Source: Lama guanicoe
Taxonomy: Eukaryota
Direction: 5' to 3'
DNA length: 64,000 nucleotides
Assembly: GCA_013239625.1 (NCBI GenBank)
Contig: MU054212.1
Coordinates: forward strand, 1,116,001-1,180,000
The notes beneath the pieces were generated by a model. The model did no database searches, was not told the DNA's origin, and saw nothing but the letters and a program-made list of their open reading frames with translations. A program made the translations under genes and the position numbers. Positions within the stretch are counted from its first letter, which is position 1; every line of letters starts with the position of its first letter. Shown one piece after another: positions 44,031 through 55,901 of the stretch.

Positions 44031-44243
44031 GGTGCAGTTTTGAGTCGTCTTGGCACTGTGAAGTGTGATCTTTTCTTTGACTTAAGGACATTCACTACTG
44101 GATGAGGAAGGGGAAACCTGTTTTTTGGGGGGAGGGCGAGAATCATGAACTGAATAAGTTGCTAAACAATGAAATTCTTAACGATGATACTTAAGGAGTT
44201 AAGTCAACGTGTTTCCCTCCTGCCGTTTTCTCGTCTCTCCCAG

Positions 44244-44341
44244 CTTGCCATGAAGTGGCTGACCCATCCGTCGTTGGGCTGAAGTACCTGCTGCTGGGGG
44301 CCATACACAAATGCCTGGGGAACACCAGGGATGCCGTGGAG
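44244..44341 (+). CDS. TTC39C: TTC39C exon 11 (98 bp), ACHEVADPSVVGLKYLLLGAIHKCLGNTRDAVE
   Basis: ctcccag acceptor, gtaaac donor; ORF 44255..44455. Confidence 0.95.
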
Positions 44342-45134
44342 GTAAACCGTTCGTGTGTAATCGGGGCTCAGCTGAGCTGTGAAAACCTTCACGGGTGCTT
44401 GTGCATAAGAAAACGAGAAAGCATTCAGCACACCCAGTCTCCCACTGCAGCGTGAGCTTTACCTACTTGATGTGATTAAGGTCATCTTTGCAAATGCTAG
44501 AAGTTGATGATTCATATTAGATTTTAATGCAACTTAGGAGTCTTAGAATACCTCTTTACGTATGGGCTGCTTCTCTGGTGCTGGCTGTTTATCAAAGGGG
44601 ACAGTCTCAGCTGGCGGAGGAGGACACGAGGGGCAGCGTGAGGCCTCCGAGCCCTTAGGTAAACAGGTGGGACCAGGCGTGGCAGCCTGTGTTCACTGTT
44701 CCACCCTCGTAACTCCAGATTAGTCGTGCATTACTAAGGTGAGGTCTAGAAGGTTGTTGGGTTAGGGTGTTCTGTGTCCATGTTTATGAAAAAGAACTGT
44801 TTGTTTTTTTTCAAATGTAGTTGGAGGGTTTTTTCTGAGTTTCTTGTTTGGTTGGGTTTTTGGACGTGCATCCCAGAGTTATTTTGGTTACTCTTTGAAA
44901 GTTCATGCACTGCAGTAGGAGACTGTGGCTTTTAAATCCATGGAGCGTTGCTGTGCGTGTATCATAATTTTTAATTAATTTTCAGCATGGGGTATAATAG
45001 TTATTACATAGCTCTGAATAGCTCGGTTTAGATCGTATGCTCAAGTGTTAGCACGACACAGTTAAGACACCTATCAGGAGATGGTTCTGACAAAAATATT
45101 AAAATAGGATGTTCAGATTTTGAGATGCAGATAA

Positions 45135-45584
<450 letters not shown>

Positions 45585-46778
45585 TAAAGTCAATTGATGG
45601 AATGTGGAGGGTCTTGTTTTATCTTTTTTCCTTGATTGTGCATAGGATGAGTCCAACAAGCTACTAACCCTCTTACTGTGTTTAAGGAGGTAGTCTCTTC
45701 TGTGAAATTCGAATTATCCACTTAAATGTAACTTTGGGACAAAAATTCCTCTTAGGGAAAATAATAGCCATTTTTTAGAATTTAGTGTAGTTTCTTCAGA
45801 AGAACAAAGAACTGCAGTTTGATTCTAGCTCCGCCATTTATTTTTAGTGTATGATTCTGGTTAAGTTACTTGACCACATACCTTCTCCTTGATGTATCAA
45901 ACAGGATAGAGAATACCCTCCTTGCCAATTTAATAAAGATTGTAGTGAGGTTAAATGAGGATGGTGTGTAGGATAATTTAAAAATTTTTAGGATACCATA
46001 TAAATTTGACATCACCATTAAGATGTATATTTAAGCACAATGGGGCAATTGTTTTAAAATAGAATTTCAGTAGTGCTGGATTTACTTGGTACCTTCTGTT
46101 AGAAGCTCAATTATGTAATATTGGCTGTATAAAGTTCTCATTTTCCATAAATTAAAACCAGCTTTCAAGTGGACTTTTTAAAAGTTGGGCTAAATCAACA
46201 AATATCTAGCCTAACCCTTAAATATGTGGCCTGTCTTGCCAAAGATAGGCCTTTAATTGGTTAAGTCTTTTCATTTGAAATTCTAATTTTACCAAAATAG
46301 GAAATGCAATTTCTATAAGTTTTGGTAGAAACTCCTAACATATTCTTTACTTTAAGGAAATCTTTACTCTAAATGCAGCCTTAAAATATATACATAAAAT
46401 ATAACCAGACTGGTCTGTTGCTTGAAAAATGAAGTTGATGTCCTCAGTCGGTAATGCCTTCAAAAGAAGAGCTAACTTACTTCAAAGAAACTTAAATTAT
46501 CATCAATTTTAGGTTGTTTAGTAAGATCTTAAACTAGTATAACTCTTCTAAGTTGTTATCATTTATAGAATAATAGTGAAGAATATGAAAAATTTTTTAT
46601 CAAGTAATGCCTTAATGTAAACTTAAAAGCTTCGTTATTAAAGATTGAGTCATTAAGCTTGAATGAGCAGTAGACTCCCTTCTGTGTCACTGTGAATGTC
46701 CTCCTGTTGTAACGTTTTCTGCTGGAGTATATGTAACTATGGACGTTAAGGGATACTGTGTTTTTCTTGCGCTCACAG

Positions 46779-46817
46779 ACTGTAGGAAGAGGCAGAGCTC
46801 TCCTCCTCCAAGCAAAG
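46779..46817 (+). CDS. TTC39C: TTC39C exon 13 (39 bp), TVGRGRALLLQAK
   Basis: ctcacag acceptor, gtaagg donor; ORF 46758..46946. Confidence 0.93.
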
Positions 46818-47304
46818 GTAAGGATGCCTCCTCTGCCCCTTTCTGGTGGCCCCTCTCCCTCTCTCTCGTGTACTCTGGAATCTGAGCTCAAGACATTTTG
46901 CGAAATGACTGTCCTGGTTGATAATATTTCTGGAAGGGGAAACTGATAACTAACAGTGAGCAGTTGATTTTTAAGTGAAATTACTAAGACTCTCCCATGA
47001 AATTGCTCAACCTGCTTTATAAAAACCCTCCTCGTTTGTGTGGGAAAATAACGGTTGATTTCATAACCATATTCTTGAGTTAAAAAGTTCTAGCAGCAGC
47101 TTATATTGAGCCCAACTCAAGACTGCTGTTTCAGAAATAACATGAGGCCAAATTTCCAAAGGCAGCACTAATAACATTCAGTTGCCGTTTTAAAAATGGA
47201 CACAGGGTTTGACGTTTGGGCAGTAAGAAAAATCAAGGGAATGTGAAGCCTTTATTAGGAGTGTGGGGAACTTTACTTGGAAGCACAGAGCTTGGTGTGG
47301 TTAA

Positions 47305-47457
<153 letters not shown>

Positions 47458-47854
47458 CAGACCTGAAGGACGTCCGTGCTCTGTCCCTCCCCACACAGGT
47501 TCTGCACTTTACAGGCAGAGGACACAACTCTTGTGAAGATCAACCACCTGTGCCAGGGACGCGCGTTCTCAGTTAGGCTGACATGTTAACGATCTCCTCT
47601 TTTAAACACATAGCTAAACAGTAATAATGATGATGATAATAGTAGTAATAACTAACCACCTGGGGAGAGGGTTAAGTGACCTTGTTCAGACATTTTAGTT
47701 TTGTGATTTATTTTTAAAATAAAATTAAGCTAAATATTCAACCTGCGATCTTGTAGGAATGCCTCCCTTAAGCACACTTCTCACTGGGTGACACTCAGAG
47801 GTTCTGTGAAATTATTAACAGTATCATGACACAGCATTTATATTGTGTTTTGAA

Positions 47855-48058
47855 AAAGTAAAAGCGCTTTCTAGTGTTTCACTTGATCCTCAGACTGTTC
47901 TGTGAATAACGTAGCACAGATATTATCTCCATTGTCCAGACAATGGAACTCAGGCACGGAAAGGCTAAACTGACTTGTCCCAGCTAATTATCCCTCTTAT
48001 TCTGGAGTGACGAATAGAATGCAGGTCTCCTGACTGCAGACCGAATACTCTTTCACTG
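47855..48058 (-). mobile_element. MIR within the TTC39C 3' UTR region
   Basis: attatctccattgtccagacaatggaactcaggcac...tgacttgtccca, reverse MIR core. Confidence 0.6.
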
Positions 48059-48059
48059 T

Positions 48060-48147
48060 AAAAAAAAAAAAAACAAACAAACCCCCAAAAAACCCAAAAG
48101 CAAAACAAAACAAAAAAAACCCAAAAAACAAAACAACCGAAAAAAAG
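48060..48147 (+). repeat. A-rich / (AAAAC)n low-complexity tract
   Basis: About 88 nt almost entirely A and C. Confidence 0.9.
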
Positions 48148-50764
48148 TGAGTAACTCAGGATTCCATGTTCTCCTTATTAAAAAACAAATCACTCTTCAG
48201 CTGAAGTTGTGTCATCACAGTATTTATCTCCAGATGTCTACAAGATGTTTCAAGGGACCCTTTTTTCCCTTTAAAAGCCAACCAAGTGGAAACAAATAGA
48301 AGATAGTTTTACAACCCAAAGTCTAATTGTTTTGCTAATTTATTAGAAAATCTAGTCTCTAGGCTGGATAAATAATGCCTACATTTGAGGTGTTTCCCTT
48401 TCTCTGATAAATTGTCTAATTACCAACTTTTGGATGTCTTTTAAGAAATTACTTGAAAGGGTTATCCTCGAATGAACATAGATTTTTTTTTTCTCCTCAA
48501 AATACTTGCTGATGAAGGATTTGCTGGGCTGCCTGTTGCCAGGACTTAATAGTTTCTCCCTTAGCTCAGGTTATTGATAGTGTAAACAGAGGTCAGAGTT
48601 ATTTTTTAATCCTTCATTGCTAATTTTTACTTTCGTCTGATTCACCTCTTTGTTCAGTACTGCACACCTGTGGTTTTGAAGAATTTAAATACCTCACTTA
48701 AGAATTTGTCATAACTGTGTAACTCACTCGGCTCAATCTTAAGCTTAGATATTTTTAAAATTTACCTTGTGCTGAAGCGTGTCACCTTGGGGTGATGTTT
48801 GTTTACGTATCCTTTTTGCTGAAGTATGATCTCATGTGACATCAATACTTGACTGTTCTTCTCAGAATAAAATGTGGGAGGAGCAGATAGAAAGTTGGCA
48901 GCTTTAAGCTACTCGGTCTGGTTTTGAGAGAATGATCATTTCTTCAGAAATGATTGTTCCTCACTGACTTTGGCTAAACTGTCTTCATGTTTTCTCCCTT
49001 CCAAAGTGTGTGTTAACATTGCTCTTCTCTCTAGTGTGCGTCCTGCATGGATTTTAGATCCTAGCCAGAGAGGAAAGACTGCTTTTCTACTTTCATGACC
49101 GGGGCGCTCCAGAAGCCAAGTGGGTGCCTTCTGAAGAGACAAATTGGCGTCTAAAAATTTCAGATAACCTGGTTTCATCCAGGCTGAAGGGGGGAGAATG
49201 TTAGGAATTTTTAAAATAGGGCTCTTGCCACTTTGTGTCCTCTCGGCCATAGTGTGTGGCAGACTTCTCAGTTATGATTGTGGAGCACTCTGACAGGAAG
49301 CTCTTGCTCCAGAGTTCATACTAACTTGAATTTGCAGTTCAAATACTGTTCCAGCTGTTTATTATTCAGTATTCAAAGATTACATAAAGCCTTGTTCTTT
49401 AGAATTTAAAAAAAGTTCCTGCATTAACTGCTTTAGTATTTTTTTCTTTCTGGAGAGAGATTTCAGGATTTCAAATGTCTGTTCACTTAACTGAATAGCC
49501 CACCTTTACAACACCCTCCAATAGGTTTTCTGTACTGGTCAGAGAATAAATGAGTTTATAAACTGGCAGGAAAGCCCTGTGGCTTCTCTGTGTTTACGTG
49601 GTGGTACAGCAGGGAGAGGGGACTGTGGATGGACAGTGGTTCTGAGGGCTCTGAAAGAACAAAACCACAGGGTGAGTACACTGTGCTATTAACTAACTGG
49701 GATCTGAGTCATTTTTGACTTGAGTAACTCATAACCGTGTCTGGCCTGCGTGCTGCAACCTTATCCAGCCTGTGAACTCCTGTGATTTGCTAGGAAACCT
49801 AGTTTGGTGTAAATTGCTCTTCCCCCTTGCTGATGAAGGAAATCATCACATAAGCGGAACTGTTTGCATCTATGTGCGCTTTTTTTTAATGTTGGCATTA
49901 TGCCTTCTTTTCCTGTTTTGGAGGCCAATGGATCTTCTGATTTGTAAGTGTCAGATATATTTTTGTATTAGATTGTGCCTATGATGAGAGAAATCGCTAA
50001 TGTATATTTTATGTACTTGGAACACATTTATAATTTGACACACTTTGAGGCATGGTCTAGTAATAATGTAATAGACACCTTTGTGGGTAATGTGTTTAAG
50101 ATTTTGAGTTCAGTGTCTTTGATTTAGTATATGATAGCTAAGTATTTGAGTAAAGAATTATTTCAGGTGTCACAGAAAATTAGAATATTGTTCTATATTG
50201 TGTCAATTATTTAGAGAATTTGCACTTTTATATTTTTGCCAACGAAAATTGAAGGACAACACGTGTATGATTTTTATAATACACACACATATGTACCTTT
50301 GCTGTGTAAACTTTCCTGGTTGCTTCCTTAAGCAAATTATGGTGGAAAGTATTCAAATGTGGCTCTTAGGAAGATACATGCTCACACAGTCATGATGTAC
50401 TGTTTAGTATTTCTTTTTTTTTTTTTTAGATGCTGTTGGTATATTTTGTAGGAAAAAAAAAGTGCTTATTAAGCCCAGATCATCCCAAGAAGATACAAAG
50501 GAAAGGGAGGGGACTTGAAGCCAGGAAGAGGAAATACAGAAAGAGAAAAGGACAGAGGGAGCAAGAGAATGGAAAGCTGGTTCATAAAAGATGTGCCCCT
50601 TCTTCAGTTAAAGTGAGCAGAATCACACATGTATGGTGCAGTTGGCTGGTGACAACCAGCAAGGGGCCCGAGCTCTAGCTCCCAGTGGACCAGGGTAGTC
50701 GACTAAAGCAACACACTTGTAATTTAGATGAGCTCTGGGTTATAGTTACTTTCTACTCCCACGG

Positions 50765-50910
50765 CTGGTGGTTCTCAAATTTTTAGCTTTACAGATAAGC
50801 CCTACTGAGATTCTGAGCCAGTAGGTTCTGGGTTGGGCTTAGGAAGGCATTTGTAACAAGCTCCTAGGATCATTCTAGTGCAGCTGGTCTACATTAGAGA
50901 GACATCGCCC
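50765..50910. mobile_element. MER5-like hAT-Charlie remnant
   Basis: tggttctcaaa...gattctga...taacaagctcc...tgcagctggtc. Confidence 0.55.
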
Positions 50911-52659
50911 AAGGTTATCATCTCTTGGTAAGTATTCAGTAAATCTGGGAGAAAAGTCAAACATGTGGCACCGTTATGCTCAGAGAGCGTAGCATGGGGC
51001 TGTTGGAAAAAATGCTTCTAACCCGCTGGCTTTCTAAACTAGGAGATTCCTGAGCTGAGTTTTCGAGGAGAAGGATGCAGTCAGGAGAAATGATGTCTTC
51101 TTAGAAGAGCGTCTCAGGCCTTGGACCTGATGAGCAAAGGTACAGAGATGCCAAGCAGCGCCTTTGTGTTCAGGCCCAGTCACTAGAGAGTCAAGTGGAA
51201 CCCAAATGGTAAGATGAGATAGTTACACAGAGGTCACACCAAGAACCTCGGACTTTTGTAGAATGAGGATTTGAAGGGGGAGGGGCAGGGAGCAATGGAG
51301 AAGAAAGTAGATTTGCATTTTTGTTAGAGCCCTAGTGACCAAAAAAGATGAACAGAAGAACAAGGAGATTGTAAAAACTATATCAGATCTTTAGGAGTTC
51401 CAGGAATCAAAGCAGCAAATAGACAGTGGTTTGAAAATTTCTGGCTAAATGTTCTCACCGTAACAGCTTGCATCTGAGGGACATGTGCAAAACAGTCATT
51501 GCAGAATTGTGGAAGGAGTGTAAGCTTGCCTTCTGAGTTAGATATTCGACACAGTGTATAACATCTAATAGGTGTTCACAGTGACCCACCAAGGTTGGTT
51601 AGGTGACTTAAATGTATGTAAATCTCTTTTCACAAGCCACCATAAGTGGGATCTCTAATGTTTGTATTGGGGGTTCTTCGTAGCTCAGTTTCATTATACC
51701 TTTGATAGTTAAATGTTATAAATCAGGAATCATGCCAGCTTTGTCTCACTTTTATTTACCAAAGTGAGGCTGGGGTGTGCGCAGTGATGAGGACAAAACA
51801 TGTACCATCTGCAGGTCTATCATCACAAAGTCTAAAACAGCGTGTCTCCTTTACTTCAAAACATAATCTTCATGAGAGGAGGGAGCTTGTCTGCTTCATA
51901 ATGGGCACTTAGTTATTTAATGGATGAATTAATATCCCCAGAAATTCTGTGTGCCTCAGAGATGTAGGCTGGGGCTTCAACATTGCCTGTGACTGCAAAG
52001 TACTCTGGAAGTCTTAATTTCTAAGGTACCAAAAGTTTTGTGAGATACGTACCCTGATGATGGTTAACAGTTGATTTACAGCGATTCTTGTTGCTTTTTA
52101 AACATGTGAAAATGGATTTCAATGAAGACTCTTGGAATCTGATCATCATGACTGTGGTGTTATTCAATGCCCAGCACACATACAAGCCTGAATGGGTAGT
52201 AAAGAGAGTATTTTAAGTGAGTCAGCATGCCTTTACTTCGGTAAAACGGAGCTGAAGTTACACAGCCTTCGGGGACTTGCAGCCTGCTGCTGCTGCTGGT
52301 TTGGTTCGGGGAGGATGTGTTGTGCCTGAGGTATTGCAAGATCTGGAATTACTGAGAAACAGGAGGCTTCAGAATCTATGCTAAATCTTTCTACAGGCCA
52401 GTTTCTCAGGAGGAAGAGTACTGTGTTGCATATTGTTCTTTTTGTAGCACTGTGTGTTGTGTACATCGTGGCAGAAATTATTCTTGGAAAAGGTGACTCG
52501 AGAGCAAAAGTTTATGGGAGAGGGGCAGGATGAAGAAAGGAGGTGACAGCAAGACAGAGCTGCTCTAAATCTATTTCTCTTTCTTTCCACACTGGCTCTT
52601 TAGACTGAGCTATCAAAAGCAGAGAGGCAGTCGCCTTGACCAACTGCACTCCTGGCCGT

Positions 52660-53345
52660 TTGGAAACGCCAGTTTCCTACGCGCGCGCGTTCGTATTCTG
52701 TTGCAAAAGGCAAAGCAGGCCTCCCTGCTCTGCGGAGTTCCGTCCTTTGTCCCTTTCGGCTCTTCATTGGCAGGGACCGCCGAGGCCCCGCCTCCTCCCG
52801 CGGCCTTCAGCGAGAGGGCGGAGCTTTGTGACGTAGGCCTGACTTCCCCCAGGGGTATAAAAGGCTCCGCTGGGAGCGTAGGCTCTTACAGGAGCCGCCG
52901 GCAAGGGGGCAACGAGGAAGCCTATTAGAGCGTAGCCGGAAAGAAGGTGGGGCGAGTCTGGAGAAAAGCCCCCGCCCGTCCTTGCGGCCCGGAGGCAGTT
53001 AGCTCTCGGGGCGCCTCGTGCTGTGGGGTTGGACGGTTTCTCAAGTGCTGGGGAAGGCGGAGGGCCGCGGAGGGCCCCGGAGTGGGAGGTCTGGCGGAGT
53101 GGGAGGCTGCGGGGAGGGGCGGGCCCACACCGGCCCGTGCGGCACAGCCGGCCAGCGCCCGTGTGGCGGACTCGAGGGTGCGGGTTCCCGGCGGGTGGGC
53201 CTGCCACCGCCACCGCCACCGCCGAACTAGTCAACGCTGAATCGGATGCCCGCTCTCCCACGTCTCACTGGCCTCTCCACCAAACCAACCAAACTGCAAA
53301 ACAAGCTCGGGCCCCGCGGGGCCCCCAGACCCCAGCGTAGGTCTT
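52660..53345. promoter_or_regulatory. CABYR: CpG island / CABYR promoter
   Basis: Dense CpG and high GC; GC box ~52814-52823, CRE-like TGACGTAG 52829-52836, TATAAAAG 52856-52863. Confidence 0.85.
52885..52946 (+). other. CABYR: CABYR non-coding exon 1 (start approximate)
   Basis: Begins ~30 nt after the TATA box; ends aagaag|gtgggg; resembles the remembered human CABYR 5' UTR (gagccgccggcaagggggcaacgaggaagc). Confidence 0.65.
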
Positions 53346-53880
53346 TAGGGAGTGAGTGGTGGGTACCGTTTACCTTTTCTGTGGCTCCAAAGCCCTCACT
53401 CTGACATCCTCAGCCAAAGGCACCGTTTTCCTGCTCAGGCGTTACCCCTATGTTAGTGGGTGAATGGACGTTCTCAGTTTGGGGCAGGGCTGCTGACGGT
53501 TGGGGCTGTAAAATTTGTTAGTTTTTGACAAATATTCTTTTAAGGAGAAGCTTGGAGAGAATTAGTAAGCTGTCACTTTAAACAACGTCTGTATTTGTGA
53601 CTTTAGCGGTTGATGTATTAGGCTGGTGTCACCGTATTTCTCGTCTTGTTTAGGATAGTTCTTTGTATGGAACTGCCCTGTAGGATGCTCAGCGTCCCTG
53701 ATCCAAGGACGCTAAACGGCCCCGCACATTCAAAGTCTGAGGTGCGGTAGGGGCGTGGCATACTTACCATCACTGCTTGGGGGTTCTCCGCCACAACTGG
53801 TAGCTTCAAATGCTAACTGCCTACCGAAAGGGTGTTTGGTTAGCTCCATCATGGCTACTGGTAAGCCACATTCAAAACAT

Positions 53881-53965
53881 GAGGGTGTAGCTCAGTGGTG
53901 GTGTGTGTGCATAGCATGCATGAGGTCCTGGGTTCAACCCCCATACCTTTATTAAAAAAAAAAAA
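53881..53965 (+). mobile_element. tRNA-Ala-derived SINE (camelid vic-1-like) in CABYR intron 1
   Basis: gagggtgtagctcagtgg...agcatgcatgaggtcctgggttcaaccccc + A tail; flanking repeat tcaaaacat at 53872 / 53966. Confidence 0.88.
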
Positions 53966-55601
53966 TCAAAACATGACCTATCTACTCAATTCATACTGGG
54001 GTGCAAAGGATGTACTTAAAGTACATATGCATATTTTAAGTATATCCTTTAAATATACATATGTCTATGTGATATGGACATATTATATATATAAATAAAT
54101 GAAATACATGTCATCCATGTAATTAGTGCCTGTGTCCCTTAACATTTACCATGTAGGCGTGCGAGAGCTGCACTGCTGGCTTTTTAAAGACTGTTTAATT
54201 CAGTAAAGCTCTGGTTGTTTTCATTAAGGGATTGAATACAATACACTTAACTAGATTCTCAAAGGGTGTGCTTTGGCCAATACACATAAATTTTTCCCCC
54301 CGACCTTTGGGAAGATGAAATATGCTTTTAAATATTCAGCTTTTTACTGTGACATAGTAGTTGCTTTTTATGACGGGTTGGCTCCTTGGATAATTGCTGT
54401 AACTAAACTGTGCCACTTAGCCTCATGAAACTCATTACTCCATTTACTATAGTGGCATTGTTGAGGACACGGTTCATTATATCATGCTATTCTCTTTATA
54501 AGGACCCACAGGAGAAATTTCTCCTGGGTGTCAGTGTACAGAATAGCTATGATTCTGCCAAGCAGCTGATTTGTTTATCTGAGGAAACCTGAGTCATTTA
54601 ACCGTTTTCTGTTATGTGGTGGCCACTTGGTAACTCAGAGGGCTGATTTGCTATCCCATCTCTAGTGTAGGACCTATGACTTCTATTGGTATACAAACCT
54701 TACCTGTGGCTTTATCCTATTTTTCCTACCCTAATTTTCCTCTTAACGACTTAATGATTTTCTTAAATATGTAATACTGTTCTTTATGTGTATTTATAAG
54801 CCGCCTTAAATAATTTTTTAGAATGAAACAGAACACACACACTGACACAGTTTAGGGTGGCAACCCTTGCAGCTTCAGAATTACAGGTAAGACTATGCAA
54901 TACCCTTGGTACCACTTAAAGTCCAGAAAGACAAGAAAAAGGGAGAAGAGAGGAAAACCAGGGCAGAGGTTAAGGGAAGATAGAAGAAAAGAAAGAGAAG
55001 AGGTACATATGGTGGGGGGTGGTAAAATACCACAAGTAACTAATGTTAAAAACAAAATTAAATTTAAAGCTAAAACATAAATACTTAAAAATGATCAACG
55101 TGTCTGGGGATAGATGTAGAAAAACTAGGAGGGGAGAGATGTTTTCTGATAGAAATTTTACTTTGTTAACTATTTGTACAGAAAAGCCAGTTCCCATGTG
55201 GCTGGGAAAGATGTTGTTTGGACCCAGATAATGAGCTACATTTATCTTTCTTGAATTTTTTTGCACAAAATATTTACTGCACTTTATAGAAACAGATTTT
55301 GTTTGGTTTTTGTTCTTCATTTTTAATACCACCCTGGAACTCCTGTTAGGGCTTTTCACATGGATTTTTAAAATACTAGATTGGTCATAATTGTAGTATG
55401 GTTTTTTTTTTTTAACTACCATCAAAAATTAGACCATTTTACTAGAATAAATACCTAGAGCTTAGTTCTAAAGCTGGTAATTTTAACAGTAGATTTGTTC
55501 TTAGAAACTTAGTTTATTCCTAATTTTTAATAAAAAACTAATACACTATTTATAAGACTGTTTTTCTTCGTTATAGTTGAGATTACAGACATCCTGCCAA
55601 A

Positions 55602-55749
55602 ATGATTTCTTCAAAGCCCAGACTTGTCGTACCTTATGGCCTCAAGACCCTGCTGGAGGGAGTTAGCAGAGCCATTCTCAAAACCAATCCGCCAAACATC
55701 ACCCAGTTTGCAGCAGTTTATTTCAAAGAACTCATTTTGTTTAGAGAAG
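55602..55749 (+). CDS. CABYR: CABYR exon 2 coding part (exon starts 55577), MISSKPRLVVPYGLKTLLEGVSRAILKTNPPNITQFAAVYFKELILFRE; RIIa dimerisation/docking domain
   Basis: ttatag acceptor, ATG 55602, gtttgt donor; hand translation gives the CABYR/SP17/ropporin-type RIIa domain. Confidence 0.96.
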
Positions 55750-55847
55750 GTTTGTTATTGCTTTAGATTATATATTTGTTGCTTTGAAAAAGAAAGCATT
55801 TTAAATTGGAAATTTTATGTATCTGATTTCCTATATTATTTCTTTAG

Positions 55848-55901
55848 GAAACAATTCTCTGGATATAAAAGATCTGGTTAAACAATTTCATCAGATTAAA
55901 G
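55848..55901 (+). CDS. CABYR: CABYR exon 3 (54 bp), GNNSLDIKDLVKQFHQIK
   Basis: tctttag acceptor, gtaagt donor; follows a 98-bp intron. Confidence 0.95.

Larger units (their letters stand above)
47458..50400 (+). other. TTC39C: TTC39C 3' UTR (3' end uncertain); AATAAA at 47718, 48866 and 49545
   Basis: AU-rich sequence after the stop with several canonical poly(A) hexamers; cleavage site cannot be determined here. Confidence 0.6.

Noticed and set aside
52636..53340. ORFs of 66-165 aa on both strands
   Set aside because: Expected stop-codon depletion in a CpG island; no recognisable protein
53881..53950. Functional tRNA-Ala gene
   Set aside because: Degenerate stems, a poly(A) tail and a TSD indicate a SINE copy
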